A stretch of DNA of 64,000 nucleotides from Raillietiella orientalis (taxonomy: Eukaryota): contig JAYWIR010000004.1 in NCBI GenBank assembly GCA_036172245.1, forward strand, positions 2,294,001-2,358,000, in the 5' to 3' direction. Shown here one piece after another: positions 25,421 through 38,300 of this stretch; the first letter of the stretch is position 1; every line of letters begins with the position of its first letter. The notes beneath the pieces were generated by a model. That model was not told the origin of the DNA. It did no database searches and worked only from the letters and a program-made list of their open reading frames with translations. Made by a program: the position numbers and the translations under genes.

Positions 25421-28400
25421 GTTCCTTCTCTCTTTGACCCTTCTAGGCAACATGGTCGGCTTGTTTTCGTTCGCTCTCCGCTCCCCTTGTTTACCGGTAA
25501 CCTCTTCTCCCAAGATGTTTTGAATCATCGTTTCCTCCCCAAGACGGTTCGGTTGGAAGAATGTGGATCATATCCGTTCCATCGGATTCCAGAATTACGC
25601 AAAAGCTCAAAACACCTGCTCACCGCCCACCTGTTTGACAGGGGAGTTTGCGGGTTGGCGAAAATAAATTCTCTTGCGCGCTCACCTCGCAAACAAGCGG
25701 CGATCACGTCGATAGCATTGCGGCCGTGTCCTTGCAGCACGGAATTCCACGTTCACGGCTCCTTTATTTTCCTCTGCTTGGCTCCAAGCTATGCGGGAGA
25801 GATCAGCCGTCTGCCCAAGTGGACCGGACGCCAGGGATCCTTTTTTTTCGTATCGGAGACGAAGAAACCGTTTCGAGGAGGAGGGGAAGCGCATCCCATT
25901 CTTTTCGGGAGGTTTCCGGATCCGTGGTAGCTGGAGTCCCTGATGCTCGTTCTCTGAAGATAACGTGCAATTCCGTGTCATCTGCATCACAAATGATAGT
26001 TCCACCGAGAGTGCAAGCAGATCCAAGCAAGGCGACGCTGCTGAAAGTTCCGTACCAAGGAATGAAGCTCTTTTTCACAGGGGATTTCTTCTTTTTTTTT
26101 TTTTTTTTTGTCATACTCGGTGGTTTCTTGTGTCATCTTCCTTTGCATCGCGCGGGAAGAGAAGCACCCAGAGAGCGGGTCGATATCTCTCAACTCAAAA
26201 TTCGCTCCTTTGGAACGGAAATCAGTGAGCGAAGAAATTTTCGCCGTTCTTCTTGAACACGAGATGTTGATCTACTTCATCACCGGATCACCGTGAAAAT
26301 ACGAAGTGTGCCACTGTGTTTCCACAGAGCGTCTTTTTAATTGGAGCGTTCTGACCGCATCCCGTCATCATTCAGATGACGAGATGCCGTCGTAATGATT
26401 GTTTTAGTGGCTTGTCGGGGCAAGTGCTACTACCTAGCTGAAAATATGGTACCCATCCCGATCCGGTGGAAGAAGATGCTCGAATGCTTAGTGGTGGATC
26501 ATCTTTCACTCGATAGAGTGTGGAATTCCGTATCATCATTCAAGTGAACTCTCTCATCATTCATTGCATCGTCCGATCGACGGATCGATCAACCGGTGTA
26601 CGTTTCTCGATCGCTCCTTGATCGTGCTGGGAAGATAAACCCATCAGACTGAAATCTCGCACAGAGTTATTTTTCTGTCTCGCTTATTCGTAGGTCACAA
26701 CGAAGGTGAGGTAGAAGTACTCCGCATCAGCAAAGGGGGGATGGAAATCTCTCTCGATTTTTTGCTATTACAAAATAACAATAAAGGAGCTAGTTGTTGT
26801 TGTTGTTTTTAAAGGAGATGCAAGTAGGGACACGTATCTTCGCTTGTAACGTTGAGACTCTTGCTATAAAGTCGGCCTGAAATCTGGTCTTAGGCATAAT
26901 CAAGTGATGGAAGAATGTGTTCCCATTCTGAAAGTCTTTCTAAGAAATGCATTCAGCATGACTATAGGGTACCGGTACAGAAGAGTCTTTGTGATTGGGC
27001 TCACAAGTGATGATTCTGATTTGAATAATGTATATAGATATATATAAGAAAAAGCAGTCCAGCAGTCCCTTCAAAAACGTCTTAGAGGCACCTTTTTCGT
27101 TTCCTTTTAAGCACCCGTTCATCACAGAGCAATGAAGCTGTGAACAGGGTTTACACAGAATGCACGCTCATGTTTTTGGAACAGCTTTGGATGAACTAGT
27201 TTTGCGAATGTACCGATATATTTTGAATGCGGTGGACGTGGTCCCGATTCCATTGTCAGATCCTGTTTGGGATGTTGGTTTTCAGCATCCCTTTAGTGGA
27301 GCTGGCATCTCGGTGCGTAGGGTCCGTACTCACAGCTCATGTTTACTGGAGGCATGCGATTGCTATGATGGGGACTTCATGTCGCTGCACTTTTGAAAAT
27401 CGAGCGAACACCTTTTTCACACCATTTGCACCTTTCTTTTTTTTTTTTTTTTCATTCTGACGGAGTAATGTAAAGAACTGGCACCATTACGTTGCCGTAA
27501 TACGGTCCAGGGACACGCGAACAGCAAGTTCCCTCTCACTGTATCCATCGGTATATCGGGATGCAAATTTGGTTTTGATTCGATCCATTTCGATACACTG
27601 TTTGCATTTTAAGGTAACCATGTGTTCCCCTCCCTTCCAACCTTTTCATCTTCACGAAAGAAAAAAACAATGAAGCTGCTAAAAATGTTCTCGCGGAAAT
27701 TTCGGTCCAGAGTGTCAATTTGTATCATATGATTCCACTCCGGGATTTCTGTGCCTGAGAAGTGTAGCAGGAAACCCGAAACTTTTGGACGTAACCTTGC
27801 TGGATTGTCTCGAAGATACGTTTGCAACTATAACGCCCTCTGAAAACAAGAAAGAGGGAGCGTGAGCAGATATACCTAAGGGAAGCACGAGTTCATCCCG
27901 CCTTTGAGATTGCAGCAAGGAATTTTCCATGAAACAGGGAACGGTCCTGTCTGCGAATTCCGCACCCGTGCACCTTGATGGTTTCCTCGTGGCGCGATGC
28001 GTCTGAGCAAATGAACGCATAACTTAATGACGACTCTGGTAGGAGGTCGATCGATTTTCCATCGTCATTCATCCATGTATAAATTCTGGCAGCAAGAACG
28101 CGGCATGTCGTTTGTCTTCGTGATTCTTAAAAACCTTGCGTTGAAATAATCGTAGGTCGTCTCTTTGAGGCGCTTGTTGTTATTATTATGGGTTGTTCCG
28201 GATATGTACTAACCGAGCTGGAATGTGGATTGAGGACAGCAAAATGACTCCTTACGTTCCAAGATGTGACGAACACTGATAAGAAGACCATCAGCACGAT
28301 TGAGCCTGAAAAATGCGTCCAAAGGACAGAGAGAAGAAACATCTGTTGGATAAAAGAATTTCCTTCGGAGTTGAGGGGAGACATGCCAAAGATGGAATTT

Positions 28401-31020
28401 GTGTCCTCAAGGCTCCTACTCTCAGAGGATTCAAATTGCGAGGCAACCATCGACGGCACGCTATCTACACAGACCTGTGCATATATGCACGGTTTCCGCT
28501 CTAAAGGTCCCCGAACTCCCTCTTCTGCAGAGATATCCGAAGCAAGATGTTGCTCAGGGAAAGCTTGTTATGATATTCCGAACGGTTTCTCCAGTGACCA
28601 CGAGGCTGGTTTTATTTCGCTCCGAATAATTCTTCGTTGTCAGGGAGGTGTTTCCCCCTACGAGACCAAAAGTTTCAGGGTAAGCGAAGTGCAGCTTTAC
28701 AATCAGTACGAAACGGCATGAATTTCGCCTGAATCTGAATCTTCACAATGGGAAGCAAAGTGGGAGGAAGTCTCATCAGTGCGCGTGTTCATCATTTGCT
28801 ATTCCCATCTTGAAGTTCCGCTCATCTCTTTTGGTCCTATTGGGGTAGCAGCAGGGAAACACGATATACTTGCGCGTTTGTTTACGATGCTCGATATCTT
28901 GATAACCGCAGTCCTCTGAGCTATACTTGAGTCGACTTGGTGGTGTACACGGAAATGCGCACGGAATGCATCCGAAACACCTCGGAAACATTCCCATCCC
29001 TTTGAAAATGCGGACGTATTTTCCATTTTTCCCGAGTGACAACTCTCCCCCATTCAGTCCATTCGCGGCGAGGTGTTCGTTATTCAACAACAATCTTTTC
29101 ATTGGTCGGATTAAATGGGGAGCAAAGGCCCCTTTTATGCTTGCATGTATGTCTCCTTAACTCATCCCTAAGCTCAGCGTGCCGTAATACTGTATTAACT
29201 AGTGTTGAGTGAGGTTGTCGCCCGAGGTAGCGGTTGACCATTCTTGTAATTAGATCGACGATTAAAGCAAGATCGGCCACAGCATTTTTCGTCTGGACCG
29301 AGGGAAATGAAAGCATACTCGATAGATGGCTACTAAGATACCCCGAGTAAGGATGATGAAAGTATGAGCATTTGAAATTTCATTGGGGGATCATTGCTGG
29401 TTGGAGTTTCTGATCACCCGTTTTGTTGTCGCTGCTCCCTGTTCTTCCGTTCCATCGTAGTTCTGGCATTTCTGTGTGCGTTCTTGCCTTCCGTTCCTTT
29501 TGTGCGAAAGAATCGAAATCGTCTGACGGTCCGCAGGTCTAAAACACGCTGAAAGTAGTGCAGAAAGATATTCTCGTTTAATCGAGGCAGTTTCGCCGAA
29601 CGGCACTGAGGGACAACTGCTGATACTCCAAAAACGCTTCGATTTCGTACCTGACGTATGCAAAGAATTTGGGTGAGGGTGCTCGGACGATCCTCCCCTT
29701 CGATCGGATCGACGACGTTCAGGCACGCGTTCGTTTTGCGTGATTTTCAGAAAGTCCATTCCCCAGCCGACCACTGATGTGCCCAAGGTGTTAGGTAACC
29801 AGTGTACAAGTCGAAAGGACTGCGCGCCCTTTGTTTGCCGTGAGCTGAGCGCGTTCGCAGGTGTACGAGCGAGAAACTTCTTCCCGAATGCGAGTCATGA
29901 TGGGGAAGAGAATGAAAAATGGTGCCCTGACCAGGGGTACTCCCTTCAGATTTGCTTTCCCCGCGTTAAGTTTTCCTATTCGTGTGGCTCGGCGTTGCGC
30001 AGAAACAAGTATCCCTGGGCTCTTGCTCCTCCCCTGTTCCCAAGCAGCGAAAGCGAGAGACGTGATCACCGACAATCTCAAATCGTACCTTCCTTGGTTC
30101 AGCTGAGGAACTGTCTGCATGCACACTGAGCATCGCTCGACGTTTTAAATCGGCTCTTTCTCCATCTGGCACGTTGAATGCACTGAAACACCTCCGAAAT
30201 ATCTACTCTATGCGTGTATGAATTTGCAAATTCACGACTTTTTTTTTTTTTGACTTGAAGTCATCATCAACTTTGCGAATTCCTCATGACAGCAACTGGG
30301 GCAGTCGATCCTGGTGATCAAATTACCCCAGTCTCGATAAATTGTTCCAGAGGAAAGTGATGCGGGTCATCCTTGAATGATGTTTGAGATCTGACGGGTA
30401 GACGGCACAGAGAATTAATTGTATGAAAGCACGCGGTCAAGAAAAAAAAAAAAAAAAAAACAGAGTCTCAAACTCTAGAACTGGTACGTCTTAAGCGTGG
30501 CTCGGCAAAGCACTCGAACGTCAGTTAGACCCGTGTCATCAAGCCATCAGGCCCACAGAACAAAGTCCGCGCTGCCTTTGCTCTGTTTCTTTTGGAAATT
30601 GGAAACCCTTGCATTCTTAATTCTTCTCGATTTCAAATCAAGCTCGAAAAATACAAATAAAGAATGAAAGATTAAAAAGCAAAAAAAAATCTAGATTCTT
30701 CAAGTAACTTACGTTAGCAAGAATAATTTCCTTTGATAATTATCCGTAGATGCTATACAACAAAGTTTTTTCGATTTAAAATGGAAAATGGTGTTGCAAC
30801 CACGCAGTGCATGATTTATTCAGCCATGATGTAATCAAATACGAGACGGAATGAAGAACATCATAGGCATAGATTTCAGCGTACAATGAAACTAATGGAT
30901 TGGGATTGGGACTGGGATTGAGCATATCTTTTTTTACGGTTAAGGCACTCCTCATCCGGAGCTGGCCAGCGTACTTTTCACGAATTCTTTTTCTAGTTTT
31001 GACGCTAAGCAAGCAAGAAC

Positions 31021-32341
31021 ATGCCTGATCGGCATGCGGAAACCCAGCTTGTGAACCCTGAAGATTTTGCTGCAGTGGACCTCAGCTGCTCTCAGAAAAA
31101 GTCGCCCACCTTTTGCTTGAAATCCACATTCACCGACGAAGCAGAAGCGGATCCAGGCAGCAACAGGCCCGAAGCCTCAGCAGTCCATCCGCAGCATCCT
31201 CTGTATTTTTCCTGTCCGTCTGACTGTGATACTGATAACAAGTGCATTGGTGCAAAATGCAATATGTTGAAACAAACAACGCCTGACACGCAATCCACCC
31301 GTCGTGAAGAACCTAAGCACTGCGCTCGTCCCAAGTGTGGAGATGTTGACAAATCCCTTGCTGTTTCGAAACGTACCCATGTTAAATCTGAGGACAACGT
31401 TGCGAATAACTTGATCTTCCGTGGTTGTCCCCGATCTCTTAAGGATGGCAGCGGCATGGACGAATGTACAGTGAACATGCCTGAAGACTTGAGTATCGGT
31501 AAAAATAGAGTAAAGTCTCGTCCTGAAGATGAATCCAAAAGAAAAGACACCCTGATCCCAATCGCAGCAAAACCGAGTTCTCATCTGTCGGAAAAAGACG
31601 TGTTTGGTGGTCAAGAAGTCGCTTTGCAGCGATTATTCCAATTCCAAGTATCAGCCGCAGCCCTGTGTTCATTATCTTCGTCCTCCTTTACAGAGAATCT
31701 GCGGGGCTTCCTTCATCATCCTTTATTTTATTATAACTACTACTCGCACGTAATACAAAGCGCTTGGTTGGATCACAGGAGAAGTCATCTCGACTGCAGC
31801 CTTAACGTAGATCAGTTATCAAGTTCTGAACTAGATAACCCAGATGTAAGTATCAAAATTTACGCCTGCTTACCTATGAAATTTCCATCATTCTGTAGAT
31901 AAAGTGGGCTCTGTCCTTCGCGCTTTGCTTTCGTTACTTGCGCGTAAATGCTCGTAAATGAACGAAAAAGACTGTGCTGCAAGCAACGTTTGTGCAGCAC
32001 ATTGCAGCCGTGTTCTTGGGGAACGGCTGGGGGGAGCTGCTGGATGTCCAGAAAAGCGATGGGGTGTCCGGCGCCTCGCAGTGAGGGGGGGGCTTAATTT
32101 GTTTGTTTTCCGCCAGATGGTGCTGTCAAACAATCCCGCCGAAGACGCTCGCAAGCGTCACTGCCGAACGCTGGTCGGCAAACACATAAAATACGGCACC
32201 GGGGCGAGCCCGGCCACGCTGCTGACGCTGCGGCAGAAGATCCAGGAGAGGCAGAAATTGAAACATCAGCGTGTGCCAGAAGGGCAGCCTTTCAAAGGCC
32301 GGAAAAAAACAAACAGGAAGCTAAAAACAATGGACCATTAA
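31021..32341 (+). CDS. Uncharacterised 349-aa protein with CtBP-binding-like motifs (AVDLS, PEDLS) and a basic/helical C-terminal module; 2 coding exons (31021-31845, 32117-32341)
   Basis: A 275-codon ATG-initiated open frame ends at a consensus donor (GAT|GTAAGT, 31845/31846). A pyrimidine-rich acceptor (tttgttttccgccag|) at 32116/32117 continues in phase 0 into MVLSNNPAEDARKRHCRTLVGKHIKYGTGASPATLLTLRQKIQERQKLK...KGRKKTNRKLKTMDH*. AATAAA lies at about 32476. In-frame stops just upstream of 31021 support that ATG as the start. Confidence 0.75.
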
Positions 32342-35300
32342 TCACTCCAAGTGAAAGTTTGATCAGGTGTGTGATGTGACGTTCGGAAACGGCAGCGCTT
32401 CCCCTGTCGCCGCAGAAAATGTTCCAGCAAATATATTTTTGCAATGTTCGAAAAACGTCCATCGGACGACGAGTCAATAAAACGCATTATCGTGAAATTC
32501 AGAGTTTCACTACAAGTAGCATCCTGGAAACACGAAAATCATGGGTTGTTCAAATTGGATTTGGTAATTCTGAACGCTTTAGCAGTTTCAGTATGGTCCA
32601 GAAGTTACCGTCGAAGCAAATCAGCATCTTGACGACAATTCATGTGCCTTTAGCTATAAAAGTCCACCACTGATGTTTTTTGTTTTTTTCTTAAAAAAAA
32701 AAAAATACGAAAACGTGATGCTTCTTTGGTTGAAAGTAGATTACGTAGTCTCTAGGTCCAGTGCCCGCGTCGGAGGCCCTGGTTGTAGAACTAGGTCCAG
32801 TGCATCCAGAGGTTACAACTATCCAAAATTTTTCCTTCTTCTGCTATGACGTTGAAGTAAGGTGGGCTGGGATTTTTCTTTGCGTGCCACATGTAAACAC
32901 GGTTGCGGTGAGGGTGACCGTTTTCAGTTGAGTGCCGGATTGCAGTTTGACTGTGCACATGCCAAAGTCATGTGTGTTTGAATCAGCCACGTTGCTGCCT
33001 AAAGTATCAACCAACAAGGATCATCTCTTCGAATTTGACTTCTACCTGCAGAAGAGAAGAGGCAGAATTTTTCACCTCTGCAATCGTTGGATCGAGATCT
33101 CATTCGCGCTAGTGACTGTACGTATTCGTTCAAGTGTGTTGTTGACGACGCAGATTCGCGAAATTCGTGCACGGGCACATGAGGCACCAAACGAAGGCAA
33201 CTCAAGAAAAGGGAGTGTGCATAGCACAACACTCTCGTGCATGACCTCACACTTTGAAAGCCTCGAATCCCTGGACGCGACTGTCCAGAAATTCGGGACG
33301 GAAAGAAACGCGGAAGAGAATCCAACAAGAGAGCGGCTCCGTTGTTTTCCGGATCATCAAGTCTGGATGGTGAAACTAGAGGCAACGTAGCCAGTGTTAC
33401 TCGGTAGAAGTTATTGGAGTGACAAGTCTGTAGACAGCAGGCTGAAAGAGTTGAAAATGTATGCGAAACAAAAGGCTGCTGCATCTTAGGCACATCTACG
33501 GCCCAGCTCATTGAGAAGTGAAACAGTTTGCGAGCAAAAAGTTTTCCTCCCGATCATCCTGCTGCTCGGTTCGTTTTCGTTCCAGTTAGTTTCGACAATT
33601 CATCTAGCGCCTTCACCTCTTTATCTTCGAAAACCCATTGAAGAAGTTGCTCCCAACAGGAGGAAATCAATGCCCACCTCATTTTCGAAATTTTCTATGA
33701 TATCTGAGACTCACTGGATGTGGAGTTTGAACTTGTGCTAGTGATGATACATTTTGCCGTAAGTTCGTTTGGAACGTCCTTTGCTTTTCAAAGCAGTGGG
33801 TTGCTTCTCTAAAAATATGCTTTCTCTGAAGAGCCATCACTGGAGTGGAGATTTCACAGATCAATCTTACCAAGGAACACACTCGACTGTGCATTCAGTA
33901 TTGTCTACATTGTACACAAATCCAAAGCTTCAAACAGATCCCGTCACAGACCTCTTGTAGTGTTTTCTTTGGTATACATTGTTTTATCACTTTGTTCTTC
34001 TCCTTCATGGGATACGGTGTTCTTCTTAAAAGTATGTACATCGGTTTTTCCCAATAGAAACAGTAGAAATGTAATCGAATCAAACTTTGATCAGAAAAAT
34101 TGAAGCTTGGCTGCAATATTTCGTTTGTAGGCACTTGAGTGCGAGCACTGGAAGGCGGCATCAGAACTGCGGCGAAGCGCCCTTCCTCCTCAAATTATCA
34201 GTTCTGTGGGCACTTCATTTACACCCCCCACTCGTCACTGACCAGGGTAGCTTCGCGTTAAGATGGAAAAGTTATGATGGTGCAAAACAGCATCGCCCTT
34301 TCCTGCAATGGTATACAAAATGCAAAAGGCTGAGCGCTTTTGCTTTCTGGGCATTCGTGCGGATGGACATAAGGAACAGAGAAGAAGACGGGAAATAACT
34401 TTGCTTCACTACTCCCATGACGTGAAGCACAGAACTCTTGGGGATTGTGCATACCTCGAGGCAGGTAAATGTTTGCTTGCAAATATTTGATGCACAAAAT
34501 TCTCGATTTCCTGCCGATAATCAATACGACTGATTTTGAAAGTCGAATTTCAAACATTAAGTCTAAGGAAGATCTCGTGAAGCTGGGAAGTACTCAAATG
34601 GTTCGTTTCTCTTTATTCAGACCAAAACAGAACATCGAGATGCAGAAGCTGGTGCAAAATTGGATGCAAACGTGAAAACAGCGAGCAAACGATTCAAAAG
34701 AGGGAGTGTCTTTTACGTAATTTGTGATGAACTAACGTGAAGAAAAAATCAGCGCAGAGGAACAACAGACGGATTCTTCCCGTGCACCAGAGATGCAGCC
34801 CACCTGTGATCTATATTTCAGAAAAATTCCTTTTCTTTTCTTCCACTGGAAAAAAAAAAATTTACATTTGGCATCTGCAATGCACACGGATGTTTATAAC
34901 AACCTCTTCCTTTCATTGGGCGAACTGCTTCTTTTTCTTTGCCTCTATCATCGTTCGAATGCCGCCTGCTTCCCAAAGCGAGCGGAATTCTAACAGTTAG
35001 CGAAAGCTGATACGCTGCAATGAGTATCGTGTCAAATGACATTTACACAAGAATTGCTTCTATCTATGGCTGAGGAGAGAATGAAGATGAGTTCTCTGGT
35101 TGCCCGTACGCAAAGATGGCTTTCCAATGTTTTACGTCACTTGCCGTACATTGCTATCGCGGGAATGTGGCAGGAGTTGTTTTTTGCTGAGACCACTCTA
35201 CATCAAACCTATCTTCAAATCTTGGGGATGGTTTCGACTTGTATGAAATCCTCAGAGCTCTTGTTGATCAACTGCTCTTGCTTTTTCCAGTCCAGAAGGA

Positions 35301-38300
35301 CGCCTAATCTTGCATATAAGATGGGTTCATCTTGCAATCGAAGCTTATACGGAATCTATGGCGCATTTTTTGCTGTTTGTTTTCGTTTGAAGAAAAAAAA
35401 AAAAAAAAAAAAGGCATCCACTGCAACGAACTGCCTATAGATGAAAGCAAATATTCTTCTCTCAATATGGAGTTACTGGAGGGAGTCTCGATGTTTTCGA
35501 TGTGTGTTTTCAATTCTTTCGTCACATGTTGCATATCTCTTCCCGTCTTTCCCGTGGCGTCTTTTCCAACATCATGTTGAGTTTCGCTCAAGCGATCATA
35601 AGCCTCCTGTTCTTCACTCTCGCCAATCTGTTTTAAACTTTTTTGGGTTTTAAAAAACGAACTGACTTGAGTCTCATCTAAAAACTGTCCGCCTCTCGCC
35701 TCTGCAGGGATCATCAAATTAGCAGAGTTCTTCTCCCTCGGTGAGTTGCAACCCATGGCAGACACGTTCTCCTTACATATTTGTGCGTATCTCATCGCAC
35801 AATGTGCGTTTATTATGTAGAGCCATCGTAAATACCTGTAGACTCGCAGAATGTGCGGGACCTGCATTCGCATGTGTGCCGCAAACCCTCCCCTCCTCCT
35901 CTCCGTAGGGAATCACCCATCCCTTCCACTCGAAATTTGACCAAAGTCGCCTCCACAGCGCAAATGGTGCCCGGGCTTTCACCATTTGCGGATCTACGGC
36001 TGTAGTAAATGGCCTTTGTAAACCATTTCTCTTCTCCTTTCTCATAACATGCGACTCCATTCTCTCCTATCCTGATGCATGACTAGGGCTCGTTTTCCTT
36101 TTTTGAGAAGAATTGAGTTTCCAATCGGCCGATGGGGTTGCGTTTGTTCCTGGTTATGTGACTTGGAGCTCTTGCATTGCTTCTTGCACCGATGCACAAC
36201 AGTGCTACCGATCCGTTCTTTCCATTCTTTGTGCGTCGTCACTTGTCAGAACAGCTTCGTTGAGAGCAAGTAGTCATGCAAATTAAGCTTTGCAAGAAAA
36301 ATTCACTGGCAGCTATCACGGACTGATAGGGATTCGGGTGGAAATGGCAACAGCATTTAAAGGATTGCCGTTGCTCCAACGAAAAACGTCCTGAGCGGAA
36401 ACGGCAATCGTACCGATGAAGGAGCACCGGAAGTTATGATGGAAGGAAAATGAAAGAGTTACCACTGAAAAGTGAGTGATCCGTCGTACAAGTTTACCAC
36501 GCGCCTCCGAACGTCTCCAATTGCGTGTACAACATTCGAGTACACAGATTTCAGTTTCTCTTGAAACTTTCCCTCAGCCATATGAAACTCAGCAACCTAT
36601 AAGTCATTCCGTTTGAAACGGTCTCCCGTATTTCATGAATAATTCAAATATCGCATGCCTTTGGTGTGCTTATTCGAAATTTACGTTTATCTGCATCAGT
36701 CATTCTTCCGTTATTTTTGCTCGCTTACTAATTGTATCTTATTAACCTAGCTTCTTCTCTGTCATCTTATTTTAATATTTTCTTTTAATGAATATTCGGT
36801 CAAAAGAATGACAAGTAAAAAAGTCCATCATTTGTTTATTCGTTTTCTTTGAGAACTCATAAGTACCTCATAGGCGACACATTAGCTAACACACTGCTGA
36901 AGACGTGAAGACGCTTCATTTTTCACATCGATGGGAATAACAAATGGGTTGTGGCATGGAGCAGGACTTCATTTCAACATTTGACCACTGTAATGGCATA
37001 CTAATTCCTCCTGTTAAGAAAATGAAATGCTTGGTAAAAGAGGTCGCAGTTGTGATTCTACAGAGAATGGTGATTTTTATTATTGCACTTTTTTTACAAG
37101 TACTATCCATTACGTTCTATCCCCAAAGAGACGCATTTGTCGCAGAGGAAGACTATGAAACTCGAGGATTCCCTGGTACGGAGGCTCCATCTCGGACGCC
37201 ATAAATAAAAACGAAGAGAGGTACCGTGTTTTCAATGAGAGAGTAGATAATCGAGAGTGGAAATCATCGTACGATCTCTGAGAAACGGATGCTCTCTTTT
37301 TGTAAATTTGCCTCTGCAGCTTCAGCCGGTTATGGCCTGCAACTCTTTAAAATTGGTTGTACGAAGTAAAACTAGGCGTGATGCTATTTTTGAATCCACG
37401 TCGGTCCAGCTGCTTTCTTTGTATGCGGATGCATGATCAGCCTCTCACTCAGGATGACCGTTTCAACAAGATTCCTCAAAATGACACGCGAATCGTACAG
37501 TGCATCGAACACGGGTATCTACTTTGAACGTATCATCCGATCTTATCAATACCGATGAATCTTTCTTAACATCTCTTTGTAGCAGTTTGTCAGGTTAAAA
37601 ATTAACCGTAACGGCGGAGGATCCGTATATTCAAACCTAAGAAACTCGATCAGGAAATACTATCGTGGATGTAGTAGGGAAAAAAGCGAGAGCTGTTACG
37701 CTACCAAGCTCAAAGCTTGCCAGCAAGCAAAGAAATCCGAATAGCAGTTTCCGTTTGCCAACAGAATCACTGCAAACAGGAAAAGTGATAAGAATCCCAA
37801 TATCCCCCGATGTTGGTTTGCATACATGCATCCTGAAGAGGAAGAAAGCTACCGTGATGTCCTTGGTATTGAGCCTTGTGAAGTGATCATTCCGATGAGA
37901 CACAAAATCTGTACCTGTTTAGACAAGTTGCGAGGATAGGGATTCCCGAATACGGCACGATTGGTTTGCCGGATGATTTTATCCAGCTCGTGAACAGCCT
38001 GAAATATAGAAGATTAAGAATAAGCAAAGGACAAAGTCCCAGCTAATCATCGACGCGATAGTCCATTCCAGTGCTCGGACTGCTTGAAGCTTCGTCAAAG
38101 TCCTCAAAAAATGGAAAACAATTTGCGCCGAAATGAAGAGCTCACAAATAAAATACGAACGAAATGTAACGTTTCCCAGAACTTTCCAAATTCCAAGTCG
38201 GAAATTCCACCAGAGAAGTGAAGAACATGTGCACCAGCAGAAATGATGGTGAATCGGGAAAAACGTGTCCGTCAAATAAGGGTGCAGTTCACTCTGCACA

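Noticed and set aside
25097..26256. 277-aa and 202-aa ORFs
   Set aside because: They run through poly-T and (CT)n tracts and have no protein-like signal.
27465..27480. aatgtaaagaa resembling part of miR-1
   Set aside because: The seed end does not match and there is no precursor hairpin. No conserved miRNA was recognised elsewhere, but a by-eye scan is not exhaustive.
31899..31961. Nearer acceptor (ttctgtag) for the 31845 donor, giving a 53-nt intron
   Set aside because: It yields only 20 unremarkable codons before a stop. The 32117 acceptor gives a much more protein-like exon, though a minor isoform is not excluded.
38060..38220. PFQCSDCLK, resembling the start of a C2H2 zinc finger
   Set aside because: No histidine pair follows and the frame closes shortly after.
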